A stretch of 64,000 nt of DNA from an uncultured Desulfurococcales archaeon. GTDB lineage: Archaea; Thermoproteota; Thermoprotei_A; Sulfolobales; CAZCAU01. Of the stretch, positions 56,869 through 64,000 are shown piece after piece. The number at the start of each line of letters is the position of its first letter. Position 1 is the first letter of the stretch. The position numbers and the translations under genes are program-made. The notes under the pieces were generated by a model. That model was not told the origin of the DNA. It saw only the letters and a list, made by a program, of their open reading frames with translations, and did not search any database. The stretch lies in assembly GCA_964496855.1 (NCBI GenBank), contig CAZCAU010000001.1:62-64061 (forward strand). The letters run 5' to 3'.

Positions 56869-58212
56869 ATGAGGAATCTAGTATGGGTATTAGCCGTCAT
56901 ACTACTAGTAGTAGGGCTTGTCGCTGGGTATTTTGCTGGTAAAAGTAGCGTAGGCAGTCAACAACAAGTCACAACAACAGGAGGTACCGTGACAACCACT
57001 ATTACGAAGACAAAAACTGTTACACAAACAGAGACAAAAACTGTAAGTGCTGGTGGCCTTCAGGGCACCATAAAAATTGGCGCATTATTACCCCTAACGG
57101 GAGATCTTGGAAGCTATGGTAAACGCAATGCTGAAGCTGTAAAGATGGCTGAAGCCGACTTTAACAAATTCTTGGAAGAAATAGATGCTAATTGGCGGTT
57201 AAAAGTCATAATAGAGGATACAGAGACGAGCAAAGACAAAGCGCTCGAGAAACTACAGATACTTGCAGCACAAGGTGTAAAAGCTGTTGTAGGACCTATG
57301 GCGTCGTCAGAGGTTTCAAACGTAAAGAACTACGCTGATTCAAATAAAATAGTTATTGTGTCTCAGTCTAGCACTGCAATGAGCCTAGCATTACCTGACG
57401 ATTACATATTCAGGCTATGTACACCAGATAAGGTACAGTCTAGAGTTCTAGCTAAGATGATACATGACGATGGCAGGAAAGTACTGATAACAATATGGAG
57501 AGGGGACCCATGGGGCGATGGTTTAGCAAGTACGACCAAGAGTATTTTTAAGGAACTTGGCGGTATAGTTGATGAAGGTATACGATACCCGGAGGATACT
57601 GCTGATTTCTCCTCATTTGTGGAATCATTAGCAAATAGAGTTAACAGTTACCTAGAGCAGGGATATACAACTGATGATATAGCGATACTCCTCATATCGT
57701 TTGACGAGGTACAACAAATCTTCCAAACAGCATCACAATATGATATACTAGGAGAGGTCAAATGGTATGGAACTGACGGTACAGCGCTTAACAGTAAAAT
57801 AATCGAAGATCCCGTAGCAGCAGCGTTTGCTGTTAAAGTGAAATTCTCCAACACTATATACTCAGCTGGATTTTCAGAGAAAGCTGAGATGCTAAGAGAA
57901 AGACTAAGAGCAAAACTCGGTGAGACACCTGATAGTTATGCAATAACCGCATACGATGCAGTGTGGCTAATAGGCCTAACAATACAGTTTACTCAAGAGT
58001 ATGATGGGGAAGTTATCAAGAACATGTTGCCCAAAGTTGCTGAAATATACTACGGTGTAACTGGATGGGCAAAGCTTGATGAAAACGGGGATAGAGCACA
58101 AGCAGACTATGAGATATGGGAGCCTGTGGTAAGCAACGGAAACTACGAGTGGAAATTGGTTGGTATCTATAATAGCTTATCAGACTCCTTTAACTGGCTA
58201 GAGGAACATTAG
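56869..58212 (+). CDS. Branched-chain/general amino-acid ABC transporter substrate-binding protein (LivK/LivJ-like), N-terminally anchored
   Basis: The ORF track starts at TTG 56821. The ATG at 56869, preceded by GGTGG, gives MRNLVWVLAVILLVVGLV (TM), then a Thr-rich linker and the type-1 periplasmic-binding fold IKIGALLPLTGDLGSYG. Confidence 0.8.
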   Translation: MRNLVWVLAVILLVVGLVAGYFAGKSSVGSQQQVTTTGGTVTTTITKTKTVTQTETKTVSAGGLQGTIKIGALLPLTGDLGSYGKRNAEAVKMAEADFNKFLEEIDANWRLKVIIEDTETSKDKALEKLQILAAQGVKAVVGPMASSEVSNVKNYADSNKIVIVSQSSTAMSLALPDDYIFRLCTPDKVQSRVLAKMIHDDGRKVLITIWRGDPWGDGLASTTKSIFKELGGIVDEGIRYPEDTADFSSFVESLANRVNSYLEQGYTTDDIAILLISFDEVQQIFQTASQYDILGEVKWYGTDGTALNSKIIEDPVAAAFAVKVKFSNTIYSAGFSEKAEMLRERLRAKLGETPDSYAITAYDAVWLIGLTIQFTQEYDGEVIKNMLPKVAEIYYGVTGWAKLDENGDRAQADYEIWEPVVSNGNYEWKLVGIYNSLSDSFNWLEEH

Positions 58213-58265
58213 CTGATGCTAGCACTGTTTACTCATCCCATATAATTTTTTATGAGGGTTGTAGT

Positions 58266-59027
58266 GTGGGAAGACAGTTACTCCGTGTGAGAGGTCTGAC
58301 AAAGAGGTTTGGCGGACTATATGCATTAAGTAATGTTGACTTAGACGTAGAAGAGAAAAAACTAGTACTACTTATAGGGCCGAATGGTTCTGGAAAAACC
58401 ACTTTAATAAATATCATATCTGGTTTTTTGAGAGCTGACAAAGGTAGTGTTTTCTTCAATGATATAGAAATAACAGGAATGCCTCCCCATAAGATCTTCA
58501 GACTGGGGCTTGTACGTACCTTTCAGACCCCTAGACCTTTCTCTCACTTAACTGTTCTGGAAAACCTACTAGTAGCCTATCCGCATAATCCTGGAGAGGA
58601 TTATCTAAGGGCGCCTAGAGCAAAGTCGTGGAAAGATTATGAGTACAAAGCCTTCGAAAAGGCTTGGAAAATATTGAAACTAGTAAGACTCGATCATTTA
58701 TGGGATCAGCCCAGTCACACGCTTAGTGGCGGTCAGCTTAAATTGTTAGAATTGGGTAGAGCGCTTATGACCGATGCTAAGATGATTGTAATGGATGAGC
58801 CTGCGGCAGGAGTGAATCCGACTCTTGCTCATGAACTTCTATCGTTCCTGGCTAATCTAAAAGAATCACAAGGATTAACGTTTCTCATTGTTGAACACAG
58901 GCTTGAAATAGCAGTAGAGTATGCTGATTACGCGTATGCGATGGCGAGGGGTTCTATAATTAGTCATGGAAAACCCCTTGAGGTACTAAAGGACCCAGCT
59001 GTTGTTGAAAGTTATTTAGAGGGATAA
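58266..59027 (+). CDS. livG: Branched-chain amino-acid ABC transporter ATP-binding protein
   Basis: 253 aa. Motifs GPNGSGKTT, LSGGQLKLLELGRAL and IVMDEPAAG. Confidence 0.9.
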   Translation: MGRQLLRVRGLTKRFGGLYALSNVDLDVEEKKLVLLIGPNGSGKTTLINIISGFLRADKGSVFFNDIEITGMPPHKIFRLGLVRTFQTPRPFSHLTVLENLLVAYPHNPGEDYLRAPRAKSWKDYEYKAFEKAWKILKLVRLDHLWDQPSHTLSGGQLKLLELGRALMTDAKMIVMDEPAAGVNPTLAHELLSFLANLKESQGLTFLIVEHRLEIAVEYADYAYAMARGSIISHGKPLEVLKDPAVVESYLEG

Positions 59028-59031
59028 CGAG

Positions 59032-59751
59032 ATGTCTATAGCCTTACAGCTTGAGCAAGTAAATGCTGGATATGGAAAGCTATGGATTCTGTACAATATA
59101 AACTTGAAAATAGAGGAAGGCAAAATAACAGCTATCATAGGGCCAAACGGCTCTGGTAAGAGTACGCTCCTAAAAACAATATTTGGTTTAACAAGTCTAT
59201 ACGGTGGCAACATCCTTTTGTGGAACCGCGATATAACAGGGCTTGCACCCCATGAAAGAGCCAGAGAAGGAATAGCGTATCTTCCTCAATTAAATAATGT
59301 ATTCTATAACCTTTCGGTATATGAAAACCTTGTTATGGCATCCTATACACTAGCAAAAGATGAAGCAGAAAGGAGGATTGATGAAGTCCTCTCCAGGTTT
59401 TCCTTATTAAGAGCTTTCCTAAGGCGAAAAGCAGGTAGCTTAAGTGGCGGAGAACGACAGCTTCTAGCAATGGCTATGGCCATGATGAGAAAGCCTAGAA
59501 TAATGTTATTCGATGAACCCACAGCTGCATTAGCGCCAAGAATAGCAAGCGAGTTACTAAGTGATATTAGAAAGCTACGTGACGAACTTGGGATAACTAT
59601 CGTTCTCGTAGAGCAAAATGCGAGAAAGGCGTTAGAGATCAGTGACAAGGCTGTTTTAATGGTGGGGGGTCGCGTAGCCTATTACGGTAACTCCAAAGAA
59701 CTCCTTGAGAACCCTGAGCTAGGGAGAATGTATCTTGGTTTAAAAGACTAG
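59032..59751 (+). CDS. livF: Branched-chain amino-acid ABC transporter ATP-binding protein
   Basis: 239 aa. Motifs GPNGSGKST, LSGGERQLLAMAMAM and MLFDEPTAAL. Confidence 0.9.
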   Translation: MSIALQLEQVNAGYGKLWILYNINLKIEEGKITAIIGPNGSGKSTLLKTIFGLTSLYGGNILLWNRDITGLAPHERAREGIAYLPQLNNVFYNLSVYENLVMASYTLAKDEAERRIDEVLSRFSLLRAFLRRKAGSLSGGERQLLAMAMAMMRKPRIMLFDEPTAALAPRIASELLSDIRKLRDELGITIVLVEQNARKALEISDKAVLMVGGRVAYYGNSKELLENPELGRMYLGLKD

Positions 59752-60687
59752 GTGATAGCTATGGTCTCGACAATTTTTTACCTAGGCTCTTTAGCTTATG
59801 GATGCACAATAGCATTTCTTAGTCTTGGCTTAACTCTTACATACCTAACTACAAAAGTTCCTAATTTCGCTCATGCAACCATTGCAAGTGTTGCATCTTA
59901 TATCCTCCTACTTATGGTCGAAGGCTATAAATGGAACCCTTATGCAGCACTACCCTTAGCTATGCTGGGTGGCCTGATTACTAGCATCTCCCAGTATCTT
60001 CTCATATTGAGGCCACTAGCTAAAAGAGGGAGTAGTATAATTTCTCTTATGATATCAACACTAGCATACGATATCATACTAGTAGCAGCACTAAATATTA
60101 TTGCTGATGCCATAAATGAACACTTTGGAATAGCGGTTAGGAATGTCACACTAATTTCCAAAGATATCTACATCAATGGTTTCCGTGGTGCTATCATACT
60201 TTCGCCTATAATGTTAGTAGTTTTCACAATCTTACTACATTTATTGCTAACAAGGACAAAATTCGGAATAGCTATGAGAGCTTCTATCGAGAACCCTGAA
60301 TTGGCGGAAATACTAGGCATAAATGTTTTTAAAACTCATCTCTTTGCATGGTCGATCTCAGGTATAGTAGCAGGGCTTGCTGGTGGGTTATTAGCCCTGA
60401 TAACTCGTTTAAACCCGGCTATGTCCTACTTATTAATAGTAAGTGTCTTTGCAGGAAGCATAGCTGGTGGTTTGCAAAGCCTCTTTGGTGCTGTTGCTGG
60501 CGGGCTGCTTGTAGGGCTGGCTGAGAAGTGGGTTACGCAGCTGCTTGCATCTATGGTAAGTATCTCAATATTGTCCTACGAGAAGGTAGTATCCTTGAGC
60601 ATAGTTATTTTTGTCTTGTTAGTCTTCCCCGAAGGCCTCGCAAGTATACCTTTCAATAAATTGACAGCTCTCAGGAAGAAGAGGTGA
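59752..60687 (+). CDS. livH: Branched-chain amino-acid ABC transporter permease
   Basis: 311 aa. Polytopic LivH-like sequence (FGIAMRASIENPELAEILGINV). Confidence 0.85.
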   Translation: MIAMVSTIFYLGSLAYGCTIAFLSLGLTLTYLTTKVPNFAHATIASVASYILLLMVEGYKWNPYAALPLAMLGGLITSISQYLLILRPLAKRGSSIISLMISTLAYDIILVAALNIIADAINEHFGIAVRNVTLISKDIYINGFRGAIILSPIMLVVFTILLHLLLTRTKFGIAMRASIENPELAEILGINVFKTHLFAWSISGIVAGLAGGLLALITRLNPAMSYLLIVSVFAGSIAGGLQSLFGAVAGGLLVGLAEKWVTQLLASMVSISILSYEKVVSLSIVIFVLLVFPEGLASIPFNKLTALRKKR

Positions 60688-60696
60688 GAAATCTCC

Positions 60697-61740
60697 GTGG
60701 AGATACTACTATTTGTAACAGATACTCTGAGATGGATAGCACTCTATGCGATAGTCACACTTAGTCTAAACCTAGAGGCAGGATATGCGGGCATACCTAA
60801 CTTTGGTAAAGCCCTATCAGTAGCTATAGGAGCCTTCGTTGCCGGCGCGTTTTCTGGAAGACTGGCAGGCTACTTGCTCGGTGTAGATACCACTGGTTAC
60901 AGTGATCCGGATAAGAATGCATTAATAATTAGTAATATAAACAAGCTTATAGTAAATGAGCCTTTAGTTGCATTAGTAGTTATGCTAACCACGCTGTTCT
61001 TAGCTATACTTATTGGTGCTATAGTGGGCTATTTAGCATCATACCCTGCTATTAGGCTTAGACAAGATTATCTAGCAATAACATTACTGGCTATAGCTGA
61101 GGGGGTAAGGTTAGTTGGTTATAACTATACTCATTTTGTAGGAGGAACACGTGGACTGTATGTGCCTAACGTATTCAGAGCGTTTACGGATAATCCAACA
61201 AGACTATCAACACTAGTAATGGTTGTTTTCGCTTCTTTGGTCTTTCTCTATGTAGAAAAGACTCTTCAAAGCCCTCTGGGCAGAGTCTTAAGAGCGATTA
61301 GAGATGATGAAAAAGCTGCAGAGGCTCTAGGAAAAGATGTGACAAGATTTAGAGTAAAAACAATAATAGTAAGTTCCGCCATTGCGGCAATAGCTGGTGT
61401 ACTCGACGTTTTTGATAAAGCGAGCATTGTGCCTGCAACCTATGATAGAGTCACGTGGACGTTTATACCATGGGCATTAATGATGCTAGGTGGGGCAGCA
61501 AATAATAAAGGAGTGATATTAGGAGTACTAGCATACGTAATTGGTTCACGCATGATATACTTGTATAAGTACAAATTAATGGCTATTGTACCGTTTGATG
61601 TTGTCTGGCTGGAGAAAATACTGCTGGGTATTCTTATAATATTGATCCTAATGTTTAGACCGCAAGGAATACTTCCCGAAGAGCCTACAAAAACTATAGA
61701 TCTGAAAAGTATTGTGAGAAAAGAAAGAGAGCCAGAGTAG
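60697..61740 (+). CDS. livM: Branched-chain amino-acid ABC transporter permease
   Basis: 347 aa. Polytopic LivM-like sequence (LGRVLRAIRDDEKAAEALGKDV). Confidence 0.85.
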   Translation: MEILLFVTDTLRWIALYAIVTLSLNLEAGYAGIPNFGKALSVAIGAFVAGAFSGRLAGYLLGVDTTGYSDPDKNALIISNINKLIVNEPLVALVVMLTTLFLAILIGAIVGYLASYPAIRLRQDYLAITLLAIAEGVRLVGYNYTHFVGGTRGLYVPNVFRAFTDNPTRLSTLVMVVFASLVFLYVEKTLQSPLGRVLRAIRDDEKAAEALGKDVTRFRVKTIIVSSAIAAIAGVLDVFDKASIVPATYDRVTWTFIPWALMMLGGAANNKGVILGVLAYVIGSRMIYLYKYKLMAIVPFDVVWLEKILLGILIILILMFRPQGILPEEPTKTIDLKSIVRKEREPE

Positions 61741-61743
61741 AAG

Positions 61744-61808
61744 ACATCGGTCCTCACACGGGTCATCATTAACTAATAATTTCAGATCCGAAGTCGCTCC
61801 TCATTCGT
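61744..61808 (-). ncRNA. Second C/D box sRNA candidate (terminal boxes degenerate, internal boxes canonical)
   Basis: The minus strand reads AATGAGGA-GCGACTTCGGAT(12)-CTGA-AATTATTAGTTA(12)-ATGATGA-CCCGTGTGAGGA(12)-CCGA. Exact 12-nt box-to-box guide spacing occurs twice. About 59 nt in total. TTTAATAAA element about 28 nt upstream on the minus strand. Confidence 0.4.
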
Positions 61809-61846
61809 TATTATAAGATTGTGTCTCAATTTATTAAAATATATAT

Positions 61847-62788
61847 TTGAGGCCTATACATCCAATTTTAGCAAAACCGAGGTGTGAAGCCATAGTCAAG
61901 GATATAGCGATTAGGGAATTAAAAGATCCCGAAGAATTCGAGCAGGCGGTAGAGGTACAGTATAGTGCTTGGCGTATGAAGGATTATAGGGAAGCCGTGC
62001 CCGCGCATATGTTGAAAGCTCTTGCTGATACTTCGGGACTTTTATTGGGTGCTTTTAATACGGAGACGGGAGAACTCATTGGTATGGCTATAGGTTTTTA
62101 TGTTTGTAGCAATGATGGTAAGAAGTATCTTTACAGTCATATGGTAGGCGTAAAAGAAGGTCTAAAATACAAGGGTGTGGGTTATAGGTTAAAGCTTGCA
62201 CAGAGAGAGTATGCTTTAAAGAACAACGTTGATCTAATAATGTGGACATATGATCCTGCACAAAGTCTAAATGCTAATTTCAATATAAACAAACTTGGAG
62301 TAATAAATAGGGATTTCAAAATAAACTACTACGGAGAGATACGCGATGGAATAAACATTGGAATGCCCACAGATAGATTCAAGGTTGAGTGGTGGATAAG
62401 GAGCCCACGAGTGGAGAAACGTATAAGCGCTGGGCCGCCTAAACTTGATTTCAATACAATGATACATGACTATGGATGCAAACAAGCAGCAGACATCGAG
62501 AGTAAAGAAGATCTACCTTGTATAAGGACTATTAACACTAACCTAGAGAACTATTGTGTAATGGTACCAATCCCTAGAGATATAAACAGTATAAGAGAAG
62601 CATCGATTGAGAAGGCTCTGGAATGGAGGCTAATGCTTCGTCAGTTATTTACATACTATATACTCGAAAAAGGCTACATAGTCGTGGAGTACTTACTAGA
62701 TAAAGAGAGAGAAGTTGGATATTACGTGCTTGTTAAAGAGCAGGATATGAAAAAGATCCTTGAGAATAATCTACCTTGGTATCACTAG
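61847..62788 (+). CDS. GNAT-like acyltransferase family protein (type found next to N-acylamino-acid racemases)
   Basis: 313 aa with a TTG start. LIGMAIGF...YSHMVGVKEGLKYKGVGYRLKLAQREYAL resembles a GNAT acyl-CoA-binding core. Adjacent to an OSBS/NAAAR-family gene. Assignment is from memory of the family pattern only. Confidence 0.55.
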   Translation: MRPIHPILAKPRCEAIVKDIAIRELKDPEEFEQAVEVQYSAWRMKDYREAVPAHMLKALADTSGLLLGAFNTETGELIGMAIGFYVCSNDGKKYLYSHMVGVKEGLKYKGVGYRLKLAQREYALKNNVDLIMWTYDPAQSLNANFNINKLGVINRDFKINYYGEIRDGINIGMPTDRFKVEWWIRSPRVEKRISAGPPKLDFNTMIHDYGCKQAADIESKEDLPCIRTINTNLENYCVMVPIPRDINSIREASIEKALEWRLMLRQLFTYYILEKGYIVVEYLLDKEREVGYYVLVKEQDMKKILENNLPWYH

Positions 62789-62812
62789 TTGTATGTGTAT
62801 AGGGGTTAGATC

Positions 62813-63928
62813 GTGAGAATAAAAAGTCTCGCACTATACTTATTAGAAGTAAGGCTACGTGCACCCTTTGAGACTAGTTTCGGGCTAACAGACGTCAGGA
62901 GAACTATACTTGTCCAAGTTGAAGATAAAACTGGGGAAATTGGTTGGGGAGAAGTTGTATCTGGTAATGGGCCCTGGTATAGTTATGAGACAATAGGTAC
63001 TTCTTGGCATGTAATCAGAGATTACATAGCACCAGAAGTTGTTGGTAAAGAGATGGAGCAGCCGCGCGATTTCTGGTCTCTTAGGAAAATACGAGGAATA
63101 AGAGGTCATAATATGGCAAAAGCTGGTGTAGAAGAAGCCCTGTGGGATCTCTATTCAAGAATGCTTTCAAAACCATTATACAAAGTAATAGGAGGGATAA
63201 GAAACAAGATTCTGAGCGGAATAAGTATTGGGATAAAGAAGTCCGTGTATGAACTAATAAATGAGGTATCTAAGAGGCTAGAGGAGGGTTATAAGAGGAT
63301 AAAACTAAAGATAAAACCTGGATGGGATGTAGATGTTATAGACAAGGTACGTAAAGCATATCCCAATATATTACTACAAGTTGATGCCAATGCAGCATAT
63401 ACCTTAGAAGATGCGGCTAGGCTCAAGATGCTTGATAAGTACAACCTGTTAATGATAGAACAGCCATTAAACTTTGAGGACCTTGTAGGCCATTCAAGGC
63501 TTGCTAAAGAACTTGCGACACCCATATGTCTTGATGAAAGTATTAAAAGTCCCTATCTTGCTTGGGAGGCATTGGAGATAGGGGCTTGTAGCATAATCAA
63601 TATAAAGCCTGGCAGGGTAGGAGGCATAATACCATCAATACAAATACATGATCTATGTATGAAAAATAGCAAAGGGACATGGATAGGAGGGATGCTAGAG
63701 ACAGGTGTAGGAAGAGGACACCTCGTAGCTCTTGCCACATTACCAAACATAAGATACTATAACGACATAAGCGCTAGTAATAGATACTATGAAGAAGATA
63801 TCGTAGAGCCACCATGGATCCTTAATCCTGATAGCACAATAAATGTTCCAGAAAAGCCTGGAATAGGAGTTGAAGTTGTTGAGGAGAGAGTTAGATCGAG
63901 AACCTTGAAGAAGCTCGTTATAAAATAG
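62813..63928 (+). CDS. o-Succinylbenzoate synthase / N-acylamino-acid racemase family enzyme (enolase superfamily)
   Basis: 371 aa. Motifs RIKLKIKPGWD (KxK), QVDANAAY, MIEQPL, CLDES, INIKPGRVGG and GGMLETGVGR. Confidence 0.85.
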   Translation: MRIKSLALYLLEVRLRAPFETSFGLTDVRRTILVQVEDKTGEIGWGEVVSGNGPWYSYETIGTSWHVIRDYIAPEVVGKEMEQPRDFWSLRKIRGIRGHNMAKAGVEEALWDLYSRMLSKPLYKVIGGIRNKILSGISIGIKKSVYELINEVSKRLEEGYKRIKLKIKPGWDVDVIDKVRKAYPNILLQVDANAAYTLEDAARLKMLDKYNLLMIEQPLNFEDLVGHSRLAKELATPICLDESIKSPYLAWEALEIGACSIINIKPGRVGGIIPSIQIHDLCMKNSKGTWIGGMLETGVGRGHLVALATLPNIRYYNDISASNRYYEEDIVEPPWILNPDSTINVPEKPGIGVEVVEERVRSRTLKKLVIK

Positions 63929-64000
63929 TGTTAAGTGATATAGGCGTTGAACAAGCAGTATAGAAAGGAGCTGATAAAATCTCTTAAGAAGTACACTGCA

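Noticed and set aside
1-64000. Looked for rRNA, tRNA, CRISPR arrays, IS elements/integrases, toxin-antitoxin pairs, restriction-modification or other defence genes, inteins and internal stop codons/pseudogenes.
   Set aside because: None found. Intergenic spacers are short (mostly under 160 nt) and AT-rich. All enzyme genes have family-typical lengths with no intein-sized insertions. No repeat-spacer periodicity was seen. This is a by-eye assessment only.

Overview
This is a gene-dense (about 90% coding, roughly 40% G+C) 64-kb chromosomal segment. It reads as core genome of a hyperthermophilic crenarchaeon (Thermoproteota, Desulfurococcales-like). That placement is inferred from ribosomal protein L13e, archaeal-type riboflavin synthase plus GTP cyclohydrolase III, diphthine synthase, ZPR1, bipartite LplB/LplA, C/D-box sRNA architecture, Thr-rich-stalk surface proteins, frequent GTG/TTG starts and 4-30 nt gene overlaps. 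All calls were made by eye from motifs in the supplied translations and the DNA; no database search was possible. I call 65 protein-coding genes, 2 candidate C/D box sRNAs and 2 candidate operator palindromes. The main blocks, in order, are: (1) aor + MoaD-like + radical SAM/SPASM; (2) gatCAB-aspS; (3) a Clp1-type kinase; (4) Isf-like flavoprotein + MobA-like + Nudix; (5) an ATPase-less membrane Lon(S16) protease, a CBS protein and HtpX; (6) dtxR-feoA-feoB; (7) two-subunit class I fumarase + sdhACDB; (8) L13e, DUF211, Ncs6-type tRNA thiolase, PhoH-KH, RlmI-like methyltransferase and ArsA/Get3-like ATPase; (9) lplB-lplA; (10) a riboflavin operon (ribB-ribC-ribH-arfA) preceded by an M29 aminopeptidase and an unknown glycoprotein ORF; (11) trpS, a PHP protein, dph5, a phosphodiesterase and a nitrilase; (12) a surface phosphoesterase plus an Fe3+/thiamine-type ABC importer; (13) a DHPS-like + beta-RFAP-synthase-like pterin pair; (14) ZPR1, Hsp20 and geranylgeranyl reductase; (15) a Liv-type ABC importer followed by GNAT-like + OSBS/N-acylamino-acid racemase genes. 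I saw no rRNA, tRNA, CRISPR array, transposase/integrase or recognisable defence/toxin genes, so this looks like housekeeping territory rather than an accessory island, and I found no convincing wholly new multi-gene system. The items most worth a second look are the aor/MoaD-like/radical-SAM-SPASM module of unknown chemistry, two unannotated C/D box sRNA candidates, an extracytoplasmic ATPase-less Lon-fold protease with a large helical domain, a DtxR-box-like palindrome in front of feoB, a fumarase beta subunit whose conserved N-terminus lies upstream of any canonical start codon, a methanopterin-type pterin gene pair in a non-methanogen context, and a transporter-GNAT-racemase cluster.
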